Shown: positions 40,390 through 53,578, counted from the stretch's first letter. The stretch is 64,000 nt of DNA from Antedon mediterranea (GCF_964355755.1 NC_092673.1:22937648-23001647), one strand, 5' to 3'. Notes: generated from the letters alone by a model not told the origin. Translations and numbers: made by a program.

Positions 40390-41294
40390 AGTGTCTTTTT
40401 ATTAGGTTTGCGCATTATCTCACACGAGTAAGTACCGCTGTCAAATAAATTGCTGTTTTCAATTATGAAATCTTGGCTTGCAACAGAAAATCTGTTTCTA
40501 TTTGAATTGTAAACGCTAGTTAATGAAATATTGTTCGTTAAGTGCTAACTTGCTTGTTGAGTAGTAACTGTCAAATAAATTGACGAATTTTAATTTAGGA
40601 AGTCTTTGTATCAAACAGAAAATGTTAAAGTACTATTTTTATTTCGAAATGGTAAATGTTAATTAACGAAAGCTTGTTCGTTGAGTATTAACCCAGCGTT
40701 CGAAATTGCTGCATGCCGTTGTTGAGCGTTGTGATAACACCTCAATTTAAACTAGATTTGAAAGCAAGTTAGAGAATTTCATCGATAGTGATTATTACTT
40801 TTTTTTAAATGGAAATTAACTGATGTGTGACTTATTTTGTAAATAATGTAATCTGTATATAAGATTTTTATAACTATTTACCTAGAAAAAGTGTTAGAAG
40901 CTATGAACACAAATATGCTGTCTATTGTTAATGTACAATTATTATATTTGAGGGCTTTATTAAGGGCTTTCATGGTACTGTAGTAGATTTCTAATGAGAT
41001 TTTATAGATTATTATTGATATACCTTGATTTTCTAAACCAAATACTTTTAATAGGGTAGATTTTTAATATATGTACAGTATATTTTGTTTATATCCGTCC
41101 ATATTGGGTAATAATGTAACCAACATGTATGATGTACTTGTTCTTATAATATAATTCATGTTTACTTTTGCAAATTAGCTGAGTGCTTTGATATTCTTCA
41201 CATCAAGTGCTGTACAGTATATACATTGCACTAAAGTGAACCTCCTTCCAGGGAGGTATGCTCCTTCTTTGGGACACCCCTGATAAATGAATAA

Positions 41295-41612
41295 GAAAGA
41301 ATATATGTTTTAACATTATGGCCTACCTCTATTCAGGGTCGCCTCTATTATGGGAACTCTATCCTGTGAAAAGAATGAGGAAGTATTATGTTTTAACATT
41401 AAAGGCCTACGTCTATTCAGGGTTCCCCTCTTTTAAGGGGATGTTTTCCTGTGAAACGAATGAAGGGCTGGGCTATATATTTTTTAACACTACCTCTATT
41501 CATGGGTCACCTCTATTAAGGGAACTCTATCATGTGAAAAGAATGAGGGGCTGGGCTTTATATGTTTTAACACTACGCCCAATCCCTAGTCAGTGAACAC
41601 CTCTACTGTATT
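41295..41612 (+). repeat. Tandemly repeated cctctattcaggg module (MITE-derived) downstream of the crumbs stop
   Basis: tatgttttaaca...cctctattcagggt..cctctatta.gggaactctatc.tgtgaaaagaatgagg repeated about 3 times. Related segments at ~27050-27135, 46670-46820 and 55955-56125. Confidence 0.65.
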
Positions 41613-42778
41613 ACAGTTTTTTATATCTTATATCATGTATTAATACCTTGATTCTGCATATATTTATTCTTTCGTAACTAAATTAAATTTGCAATGAATA
41701 ATCCTTGACAAATGAGCACATTTAATGTCAAAAGTTAAACCATTGATATATATTTGTATCATGGGCGTGTTATTTTAAAAACCTCTTATTAAAATCATGA
41801 CAAGCAATAAATTATAACAAAACTTTTAATGGATTCTAAGCTGACCAGGTTTAATAGTAGCTACTGTATTATAAAATGACATTTTAAAGTATTTATATGC
41901 ATTCCAAGTTCTATTCGAAATATTTTAACCAATTTTGAATCGGTGTGTTTTATTTCAGTACTGTAATCAAATTTGCTATACATTTGTGAAATATTACATT
42001 GTTTTTGTATTTATCTCCGTCCATATTGGGTAATAATGTAACCAAAATGTTTGATGCTTTTTGTGCTCAAATTGCCAGTTAATTTACGTCCAGTACACTG
42101 CTTCGTTTTTTGTATTTACTTAAAAAGCTACACAGCCTAAAACAATTATGGAATAAGTTTAATGTAATTTATTATCTGTGTCAGATGCACTTTTACTCAT
42201 TATGTAAAGTAAGTCATTTTTTGTGGTAATTTTAAGGTACACTTTGACAATTTTTGGTATAATTCAGGCACTGAATAAAAAAGCCGTAGCAGTAGAAATA
42301 AATGACAAAAAATCGAATGGGGCATCAATCATAAATAGTTGATTAATGTGTCCATATTTGTTAGTATCCTTTGGCATATTCAAAGAAATACTGTACACGA
42401 AAGGTGGTGTGCGTTTCAAATGTGCCTAATATTGCTTGCAATATGTACTACGTGTTTAAACAATATCAGTTAGTACATGTTTAGTGCTTCCTAATACAAT
42501 ACAGTAATACATTTTTATACGGCATGAAAAATAATTGTTTAGATATTTAGGAAAGTACTAGTACCTTGGACCTATAAATTACCTATTAATGTATAGGTCC
42601 AACTATGTACAATAGATTAACAGGGTAGATAAAGATAGTCAGTAATTAGTTTTAATTATTTAAATTGGACGATGGTTATTCAAAGTTTAATTATTATTTT
42701 CAGTAATTATATATTCATGAAATCTGTTTATACTTTCTAATGATAAAATAGCTTTTCATGTTAGGCCCTACTAATTAA

Positions 42779-42924
42779 AGCTCTGTCTACACTATCAAAC
42801 AAGTTTGACAAAAAAAAAGTGTGATGTTCCCAAATATGGTAGTGATATGTTTAAATATGGTAGTGATATGAGGCACATATATGGACACATCACATTTTTG
42901 TCACATAAAGTTTAATAGTGTAGA
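42779..42924. mobile_element. Tourist/Harbinger-like MITE family copy
   Basis: agctctgtctacactatcaaac...aaatatggtagtgat...gtttaatagtgtaga. Confidence 0.8.
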
Positions 42925-43566
42925 GTGTGTTAATGAAAATTCGTCTTTTTTTATTGGGTCATACAAACCAACGACCGTTAGTCGAGTGGATTTAAAGATT
43001 TTCTCGGGATTTTGTTTATATCTTTTACGAGGAAAAAAAATTGTAACATGATAAATTGGCGTATGTATTTATAACATGGATGGATACTTTACTTAAAAAT
43101 AGCAGTACGGGTTTTATAAGAACATTTTATGGATATTAAGATTACTGATTAATGCGATGTTTGTGTCTAACATTTTTAAATCTGATGTTGATTTTACTTT
43201 TTCAAATGAACTTCAAAATGTGTATACTTTTACGGCTATTTTAAGGTTCTGGTTAAGATTAATGGTAAAGTTAACCGTACCTTTGGTAAGCATACTTAAT
43301 AAAAAAAAAACCATCATTGATACTCGCCCTTCATGACACTCGCTATACCCTCCCCACACCCCTTGATAATGGTAGGCCTACCAGGATAATCCTAAAATTC
43401 AATTACCTGGTTTGCTTGGTTTTCTAAACGTATGTTGTCGGTACACGGAATAGGTAGCTATCAAGTTGTGACAACATGAGGGCTAAACCCACGAATTATG
43501 TGTTGACGTAACTAGTTTCGAGATCGATAGATCTTTGATTTAAAGTTTATCACATTTAAAGAGTGA

Positions 43567-43805
43567 AGCTCTGTCTATACTATAAAAAAAAGTGTGATGT
43601 GCCCAATAATGGTATAGTGATGTGCTTAATGATTATCATCTTCTAAAAATTAATCATAATTATTTAGTTGATATTTTACCATGTATAACGCAGGCTATAT
43701 GAAACTAGGTGAGATTTGCCCAAATATGGTAGTGATATGACATCATCATGTCCATATATGGGCACATCACATTTTTGTTGTCACATAAAGTTTGTAGACA
43801 GGGCT
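43567..43805. mobile_element. Tourist/Harbinger-like MITE family copy with internal insertion
   Basis: agctctgtctatactat...(unrelated ~85 bp)...gcccaaatatggtagtgat...gtagacagggct. Confidence 0.7.
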
Positions 43806-45251
43806 TTAGTACCACATAATGAATAACAATAATTGATTTAAGTGTATACTATACTGGTAAGATATACCGTCGTTTAAAAAACGTGTGGGGAGTTATAAAA
43901 TAACTAGGTTCAAAACGGGTTATTACAACTTTATAAAAGTGGAAATATTTCAATGTAGTAAAAAACTAACATTATCTGTCTTGGTATACATTATTTATTA
44001 CAATTTTCCATAATATACAAAATGTATTGTACAAAAATAAATTAATTATGAGTGAAATTTTACATAGCACACTTGTTTGTATTCATTTCATTAGTCATGC
44101 ATACTTTGTTTTTAAAATATTTTTTTTTGTAATAATACGCACATAGGGATATACATATTACCATTGATATTACTGTTAATTCACCATACTACTGATAGCC
44201 GATATCGTAATCGCTTTCACAAAACAGTATCGAACGATTAAAAAAAAAGAGAAACGCATTTCGTCTTTGAAAACAACACGTTTCGTCTTTGAAAAAATAT
44301 ATATATAGAGACTTATACGTTATGTAGATTTGTAATCCTATCCTTGTACAATTTTAGCCAGTCATCACCGAAGTCCTTAACATTCGGAACCCGATTAAAA
44401 AATACGGTACGGGTGAATAGCTAAAAAATAGGGTCCTACTAAACACAAATACGCCACACAACGCATGCACGTTAATACTTCACCAACAACCCCAGATCAA
44501 CAATATAACTGAACCCAACCCTCTTTATTCCCCTTTATTGAGTATACATTGCGTCGTAAACTATGCGGTGTAGTTTTATTGTATAGCGTGGTGTGTAGTA
44601 GGACCAAGGGTTAATACTAAACCAGACTATACAGCTTGAAATATCAATTCGAAAACTTATAAATATGAACATAACCTAAATAGGCCTACTTGATTATTCT
44701 GTGACTAAATAGTTGAAACTGAAAGACACGCGTAGAAACTATAGTTATTCAACGAAGCTACAGCCAAGAAACAGTGTAGGCCTACATGTGGGTTTCGCGT
44801 CGCTCTATATTCGAACCTACCGCGTTGCACATTAATTTCAATTTTGTTTAAAAGTTCATTAATCTGAACGTGTAATAGTCAATCGTTGACATGATAGAAG
44901 ATAATGCATGGCACGTGATACGAAATCCACCAATCGAATAGCACGGATATAGTTACGCGCGTTACAATGTCTTTGAAGATGGCTATTCCTTTTTTTTAAA
45001 TAGAAAATCGGTAACAGTTTTTATTCGAATATCGCTGAAATTGTGTAACGATATGTTATGACACACACCTAATAACATTTTAAAAATTGTTTATAAAGTA
45101 CGATATATTGAATGATTAGCAACGTTATAAATAACCTTACAGAATAAAATAATAACATTCAAATTGTTATAAGTTGCATTAAAATAACAAACATACGTAA
45201 AGTGTTTCAATGTCAAACTAACGCTTAAAAATGTGGCAGCCAATTTATACG

Positions 45252-45461
45252 TAAAGCCTGTTTTCCTGTCGACGTTATTCGACGCTATCGTCGTTGATCG
45301 TTAACAGTTCAACGACGATCGTTTGAAAACGATCAAGTTGAAATGATAACGATAGCGAGTACCTTTTCCTGTAAATCGTTACCATTTCAATGTTTACGTA
45401 GAAGATCGCTGATTATTGTTAACGATAGCGTCGAATAACGTCGACAGGAAAACAGGCTTTA
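45252..45461. mobile_element. Young MITE with perfect 40-bp inverted termini
   Basis: taaagcctgttttcctgtcgacgttattcgacgctatcgt (45252-45291) and its exact reverse complement (45422-45461). Confidence 0.9.
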
Positions 45462-45880
45462 GTTACGTAGCACCTAATCATTAAGATGCGTATTTGGCAT
45501 TTCAAACCGTCTTCTTACAGTCATATCAGGCTATGACGTGTAAAGTGAGTAATTTCAACTTCTATTTCAGTTTTATTCATATTTCTAATATTGCAGTTAA
45601 ATATTGCTTAGCTCTAGTCGTACTCGCGCAAGTAAAATGTTCACATCTATAATTAATTTGACTGAATGATTATGTCCTTCTCTACTAAATCTCCCCACCC
45701 ACTACTGGGCCCGTTGACGGGTGACAATTTATATGCCATTCCTCATCTCCCCACACCTTTAACCCTTCGCATAGAGTCCTTGAAAACAAAGACGAAGCGC
45801 ATCTTTCTTTGCGCGAGTACGACTAGAGTATTAGGCCTACTACTTACTAATTTCTTAACTTAAAAATTAAAGTGATTTAT

Positions 45881-48800
45881 TTAACAAGTAGACTCTGTTT
45901 CATCAGCCTCATCAATTGAGTCATTTACGATGTTACACAACATTTTTGACTGTTTCATTGCTAAACGTTTTCTCACCGAATCATACGTCACGGGTTCGTG
46001 TTCCTCCGTACACCCAGTTACGGTAATTTTAACGTCAACTGGGTTTGCAGGCCTACACTTTGCCGTCGTTTGCATATCAACAGATTTGTAATTAGGTTTG
46101 CTGTTTTTTATTTGCAGATCAAGTGTCTTTGAATTTGAATTTGAATCCACTGAAGATAAATCCTCACTACTGAAGTAACCCCAATCTTGTTCTGGTGACG
46201 TGACCGTTGAAGACGTCGCGACAAATTCGTCTTCACGTTTGGCAGATGGAATCAGAAAACAGATTATTGCAGAGGTGAAAAGAAAGATCTTGCTTGATAA
46301 AATATTGACAAACAAATACCAAATAATATATAAAATCATGTTCGGTTCGTACGCAAAGTTTAAATAATACATAAACAACAAAGTGCATATAATCCAAGCG
46401 ATATAAAATTGATTCCAATGAAAATACGAAGCGATATCGACATCAATGGCGTCACTGGTGGATTCATTTTCCCATAATGCTTCTTTTAATTCTTCGGTCG
46501 CTAGTTTTAATGTTATGATAACAGCAACGCTGGATCGCCTAATGTCGCCCGATGCAAGTCTTCCACCACGATCGAGCACATGAAGCATACCTTCTAGTCT
46601 GTCGACTATTTCAGGAAAACCGGGCCGACACATTGGATCCAACTACAAAGAAAGTACAATATAACACATTAAAACCTCTGCTATTAGGTGACACTTGGAA
46701 CCCAACAAAGTTCCCCGCTGAATGTCCGTTTCACGGGAATGTGTCTCATGAATAGGGGAAAGGTGTCTCCTGAATAGATGTGTCCCCTGAATAGGTGTCT
46801 CAAAGGAGGGATTTTACAGTAATTAATATACAGTTTAGTCTACTTACTGTACAACATTCTTCAGCAAGTGTTAGAAATGGTTCCGGGCAACCAAAACACA
46901 TCGGTCGAAATAAACTCATGTCCAGACCAAATCGCTAAAATAAAAAGATATAATATAATGTTATTAATTATTTCATGATGCATATAGCTTATGGCCTACT
47001 ATAGATATTTGGATTATTTTAATAGGATTAGTGGTATCGCGTACTGCTTTTAGAGCACCCAGATTTAGCTGTGCCAGCGCCCAAATTCATGTCCTTCGAT
47101 AATATCTAGGCCTAAACCTATCGTGGTGACGTAAATATTTGTATCTGGTTTTTATGCCCGAACCATATTTACAGATTTCTATTGTGTTTTGCGTTTGTCT
47201 ATATGAATAATAGCCATGATATTTGTAATCAAAATCATACTGTGTGTGTAATTAATTCCGCACTAGCAAATCTATTTTGCTTCAGGGCGGCTAATAATGT
47301 ATTATGGATCTTTTGAAAAAACATCCAACACTTTCAATTTAGATTACTTTAAAGATTACATTTGTGTTGGTAAAAATATTGTAGATGGTTATGATTACAA
47401 AACTGTTCCGTGAAATAGAGTGGAAATAATATGTTTTTGCACTAAAGGTCCAAACTCTATTCAGGGAGCCTGCGTTGATTGAGGGGAAGTTTTTGTAAGA
47501 AGGTGTTAGTCATGGCTGGTAGTTCATTATATTGCCAATTATTATGTTGTTATAATCTACATATTCATTTTCATAACGCACCGGAGTTCTTGGTAATTCA
47601 TCCGGGTCTGCCGTTATCCTTGCTATTATTTCACAAAGTAATATCCCGTATGAGAACACATCAACTTTCTTTGTATATTCTTCGCCCCTAAGCATCTCTG
47701 GCGCCATCCAATAGGGTGACCCTACCACGGACATCCGCCGAGGAACGTCTGCATCTCCTCCAAGACCAACTCGAGCTAAACCAAAATCTGAAACCACTGC
47801 TTCCATGTTTCCGTCGTCAAACATTTTGATTAAGCAATTCTGAAAAGGTAAAGTACAAGACTGTATCAAGAAATCGAAATCTCCCAACGTCATCGCATGC
47901 GCACAACCCATTAATGACGTAACTAGTCCCTTATAGGACATAGGTTGTCCCATAACCGCCAAAATTCTTTTCGCATTACCATAATTTCATATAAGGATTG
48001 TAAACCATCAAATGACCTTCATATTTTATATTAATAAGGTATGACACGCCGAAAAATTTTCCAAAACATGTTAATGATACTGTGATTATACCTAAATTAG
48101 ATGCATTAAATGAGATTGACCTAATTAATTTATAATGCCGCGGGATAATTCACAAACGATCAGCGTATAAGTGCTGTATTAAGCACGACGAGTGCTTGTG
48201 TCTTGTTGTGATACGATGTTATAATTATCCAAAGCTTATGAGCATTTGATTCCGACAGGGAGGTATTAGTGCGAAACGAATTGATTTTATTGATCTCCCA
48301 TTCTTATTTCCATCTAGGCCTCAGAAAGAGGAAGGTTTTGTATAAACACCTCAGTCTGGCAATATTATGCTTTATCATCTAGTCAGCACATTTTTTGTCA
48401 TTTATCTACAACTTTTCTCCAACATGGGTTTATTATGGACGGACGGTCGTCGCTCGACATACAACAGCCCCTCAGTTTCTCGTAGACATGACACAGAATC
48501 GGCTTTACTCTTTCCATAACGAAGTTATGAACTGGTTTGGTGTGGAGCCCGAAGCATTAGTAACGATTAACAGAATGAGAGTAACGTAAGTCATTCTGAA
48601 CTTACCCGCGAGTTGAGATCTCTATGTAGAACGCCTTCTGAGTGCAGATATGTCATTCCTTCAGCGATGTCCAGAGCAAACTGGATCCGCTGCTTCCACG
48701 AGATGTCTATACTGCAGTTAGCTAATACTTCTTCTAATGTACCACCAGATATGTACTGAAAAACAATGTAAAATGCTTCATATTACAGACACTACACAAC

Positions 48801-51791
48801 AGCAACCACCTCTACGCCACTATTTTTCAGTGGACACATTTTTCGATGGAAAAGCTATAACACCACGGCCATCAATCCATATTAAGAAGACACGCGTGAA
48901 AAATCAGTTTATACTGTGGTGTTTTCCATTTTGGATTGATTCTATTTTATTCAACAAGGCTTTCAATTAACAACTAGCTTGACAGAACATATCGAAACAG
49001 CCAATTGTTCTTTTTATTTAATGGAAGTGCATTGTGTATGGAATAATAACCACAATGAAAAGAGAAATGCAATTCCTCAGGCTCTGTGATTTCAAGACAA
49101 TTTACTATACTTTTACGGTTTTATACTCATTTCTCGTTTAAAGTGTCATGTAATTTTGCTTTAAAATACCATAAACCGTAAATAAAATTAATGCATAGCA
49201 CATAGCCAATAATCACTGTATTACTACATTAGAATATTAATATTGTATTTTTGATATACTACATACCTCTAGTAGTGGATGTATCCTTGCTTCTTTCACG
49301 CATGCGCCAAGATATCTGATTTAAGAAAAAATAAAAATGTAACGAACGTTATTTACATGGCCAGGATAGCAGTAATAATACTGTAAAAAAATACTGATGT
49401 TTTAGACCTACTAATCTTTGTGTTTTTTTATCTGATTGAATGTTATTGAATTACATATTCTGCGTTAGATTCAAAATTGGGAAATTGAGCATCAATTGAT
49501 TTGTGAAACCAATGACTACATTTTATTCTAGACTAAAAAAAAAATTGTATTATCATTAACTTCGTACGGTTATACTGTAAATAATATTTCCACTATACAC
49601 ACTATAACATGCTAAGCTTAAATACAGCAATTACTCTTTTTATTTTGTGTCTAGCTATTATATATCCCTTTACTTGGCCAGAAAATTAATCAAAAACTAC
49701 ATGTATTCAGTAATTTTCAGCTGTTAATTAATTGCCTTTTCAGTTAATGGAAACGTATCCAACCTGACTATCTTAGGGTGGCTTAGTCGATTCATCAACT
49801 CTAATTCCCGCAGCATGTTTTGCTGATCCACCCTGTCTTTTGATTTGATAATTTTTACTGCCATAACGGGTGGTGTTGCACAGTCACTATGTCGTCTTGT
49901 TATCTATAAAAACACAATTTAAAAAGTTACAAATACGATATATCATGTATGATACCACAAGCGTGTTGACCACCAATGACAAGCGACATTTCAAATAATC
50001 CATCGCTTGTTATTGGTTAATTCACTTACGTTGCGTTAAGCCATGTCTACACTATCAAACTTTATGTGACGTGCCCATATATGCACATGATGATGTCATA
50101 TCACTACCATATTTAAGCATATCACTACCATATTTGGGTACATCACACTTTTTTGTCACATAAAGTTTGATATTGTAGACAGAGCTTTACGTCCTTGTTC
50201 TGCGTCTCTAGTGAGAAGCAAGCTTTAGATGCAACGCAACGACGCAAGCGCAATGCAAACGAGTTGACCAATGACAAGCGACAGTTCGAATAATAGTTTA
50301 AAATAAAAAACAGCATAAAATAAAATAAACATAAACATATTACATATCTGTCTATTTTCTCACGTCTCCGATGAAAAGGGAACCCTGAATCTCTTTAATT
50401 TATACAATTAGGGGCGGTAGTTCTATTCTTCGAGAAAATAAATCTCTGGCGCCGCAACAAATGGCCGAGCAGTCCATGATAACAAGAACAGGAATCGATA
50501 TCAACAAGCCATAAATAATTAAATTAAGACATCCTCAAAACAAGTGTTAATAACAATACAAATAACGCTAAACAATCGCCACATCAATCCCAAGCATATT
50601 GATGCTAATAATCGTCTTTATGATTATGAATAGAGATTTCATAATTGGAATTTAACTCAGCGTAATAAACGAATGAATACAACGAACCAAAAGACAACAA
50701 GATCTTTGTCGCTGATCTTGTTTTGAAGTATAATAAGGAAATAGGCCTATGGATATCCCTTGATCTATAATTGTAGGCCTGCAATGATTTAATAAACGTG
50801 TAGGCCTAGCAGATTCTCGGTATAAACCCAGAGAAAAGTGATAAACCTCTAAAACGTTTTGCCTAGCAGATTCTTAGTATAAACCCAGAGAAAAGGGATA
50901 AACCTAATAATCTCTAAAACGTGTAGGCCTAGCAGATTCTCTGTATAAACCCAGAAAAAGGTGATACTAACCTAACCAAACCTAAACTAACTTTCCGTGG
51001 TACAGACACAATCACGTGAAACACGATGTTGCATTTCAGAATTTGCGCATGGTACTGGACAAATATTGCCATACATGAAGGTAATAGTATCGGACGGTAT
51101 AGACTATTTCGGTATGAGCATCAGCTCAGCAAATGCAAACATGATTATGATATAAATGAATCAATACGCTAGTTTGCCGCTATAGTACATTTACATGTGA
51201 ATGGTTCATTCATATTCGAGAGTCTATTCAAAACATGATTTAAAATTACAACGGTTGACTTGCTTCAAAGTTCATAATGATTGAATTTAAGAATTGACGA
51301 TACATTCAAGTGAAAATCTATACTGATTTGAAACGTTAATGCACACCGTGAAAGCATCAACAATTCGCTTTAATTTTTTTAGATAGACCTTTTTCATAAT
51401 AAAGAATACCGTATGGTGTTATGATATGAATAACAGCCACTAACTTAAATTAGACCTAGGTACACTGTTAATTATTCAACTACGTTGTACAATGACCTGC
51501 ATATGACCGACGATATTCTAGAAGCATAATTAACTAAAGCAATAACGATTTTCTTTACTAATAGGTAATTCCATTAATTCTTGCAATCCCTACCTTATAA
51601 ACATCTGCAAAAAATCCGCTTCCGATTTTCTCCGCTTGAAAATCGTTCCAGAACGACAAATTTGCTACTGCCGCACGCAGGGCGTAACAGGAGCTCCCAG
51701 GGAGCGGCCCTGAGTCTCGCCCAGGTGACGGAGGCGTTGGCGAAGCATCTGGAGGCCTATAATTAAACACTGAAAGATGCCTGGGTCTCAT
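45881..51791 (-). CDS. TESK: TESK-family (LISK/LIMK-related) dual-specificity cofilin kinase, ~547 aa
   Basis: Exons 51791-51594 (SSCYALRAAVANL...EKIGSGFFADVYK), 49903-49764 (VMAVK...NMLRELELMNRLSHPKIVR), 49315-49267, 48755-48606 (HRDLNSR), 47839-47582 (NCLIK...DFGLAR...VVGSPYWMAPE...DVFSYG...ADPDELPRT), 46934-46848 (FGLD), 46642-45881. Total 1644 nt, in frame. No LIM/PDZ exons seen, and the N-terminal ALR.AV..L motif is TESK-type. Confidence 0.92.
49965..50295. mobile_element. Nested MITEs: Tourist-like copy (50039-50186, TTA TSD) inside a gcaacgcaacgcaag-family element
   Basis: gcg tta|agccatgtctacac...gtagacagagct|tta cgtccttg. The host family also occurs at ~6518-6555 and from 57838. Confidence 0.8.
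50794..50965 (+). repeat. Tandem repeat, 3 copies of ~55-65 bp
   Basis: aaacgt...gcctagcagattct..gtataaacccaga.aaa.g.gata x3. Confidence 0.9.
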
Positions 51792-52323
51792 GTCAACGAC
51801 AGTAAAACAAGTGCTTGTGGTATGAACAAGATGTGAATGGATCTGAAAGCACCACGGCCTACTGTAGTGAATTGTGCAACACGGGCCAATAGACTCTTTA
51901 TGATCTGGAAGAAAGAAAAAGAAAGAAAAATCAGTGAGTCATTAACAAAACAACACTCAAATCATAATTCAATAAGACACGGTGAGAAGGTATTTCATTT
52001 CCACATTATTTGGATAAATAAATAGAATTAAACAATTTCCCTTTAAGAAGAACATGTATAACATCTACACGAATACCACCACATATTTCAGAAAGTGTCT
52101 AATAATCTGATAAATTTAGTACATCAAAATCAAGTACATTTGAATTGTTCGTAAAGTATCGTTATTCACAAAAGCGACATTTTTCATAGTGTTTTTTTTC
52201 TCTTTCAGACAGATGATTTAGTTAATTTTTTTTTTACCATACATTGCAGGTGTTCTATTTGATATCATAATGGCACTTACACAATTTAGCATGATAATTT
52301 TATTTCAGTAGCTGTGGCGGTAA

Positions 52324-53431
52324 GTATCTTATTTTCCTTTTTAATATCAGATACAAAATGATTGATCATATTTTTTAACGTGCTACTCAGCCGATAGATG
52401 TCAACACTGTCCATTCCCTCAATTGCTAGTCACACACCACCAAGAAACTGATTTAAACAATATGAAATACAATTTAAATGTAAGGATTAAAATTCTTTAA
52501 ACTTGTCCACTATGCCACAACTAATATTAATATGATGTGTGGAAATACAGAAACAAGCAAATAAACAATATAGGACTATGATCAATACGATATTTTACTA
52601 TGTTTTGAAGCTCATGAATGATGATTTGTCGTATTCGAATTGGAACTCTCGTTGTCTTTTGTACTTTTTGTATTCGAATTGTAAATTTTGTGCTCAACAG
52701 AACGTCATTCGAATAGAAAACGTTGACAACGCAAGCTTTTTCGTTAAGAACAATCTCAACGCTCAAAATACTCCGTTAAATAAGTAGGCCTACTCAGCGG
52801 AAAAATTGTACTCAACGGTAAAAGTTCCAATCGAATAAAATTGTATTTCCGCAATAAAATTGAATAATATTAAAACTCCAAAGAAAGGAAAAAGGTTGAA
52901 GTGATGTATAGAAGAAATGATAAAAACACACACATAACTCATTCAACATGCATAATGAATCCAATAATGTTTATCATTTTTTATGGATATTTTGATAAAA
53001 ATCTAATAATAGCCTTATTATTACATTAAGAAAGCAAATTTAACATAAGTTAAATATTTTAAAATAGCTCGGATTGATTAATTGATTGATTAAATTTAGC
53101 AAGGCCATAAACTATGGTTGAATATAGCCAGGTCAGTGAATAATATATATATAAACTTTATTTATTTATCCAAGTGTATTATTTTGATGAATAAAATCAA
53201 TGTTTTTTTGGGGGAAGGCAGGGTCGGGGTATTGTATTGTTATTTTAATTTTCTAATGTCGAAACAATACTATAATCATTAGTCATATTCCAGTTGTGAG
53301 AAATTTAAATTGTAACGTGTTCAATAAATCTCTTAATTATGCTGTATCTTATTTTCCTTTTAAAAATCAGATACAAAGTAATTGGTTATATTTTTTAACG
53401 TGCTACTCAGCCGACAGGTGTCAACACTGTC
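52324..53431 (+). repeat. Two copies of a ~90-bp segment (52324-52410, 53344-53431)
   Basis: gtatcttattttccttttt..atcagatacaaa...atttttttaacgtgctactcagccga.ag.tgtcaacactgtc present twice. Confidence 0.8.
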
Positions 53432-53578
53432 ATATTCATATCCGATATTGTTATAGTGATATTTATTATCCCTGGTTCATGACCGAATTCGATTGATTGT
53501 ACTGGCTTACTTTACCTCGGTATCTTAAGTATATTACACACATTGTCTACTGAAGATTAATAACGAGTCATTACCTAC

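Noticed and set aside
45881-51791. LIM kinase
   Set aside because: No LIM or PDZ exons found, and the N-terminal motif and GSPYW are TESK-type despite DLNS.
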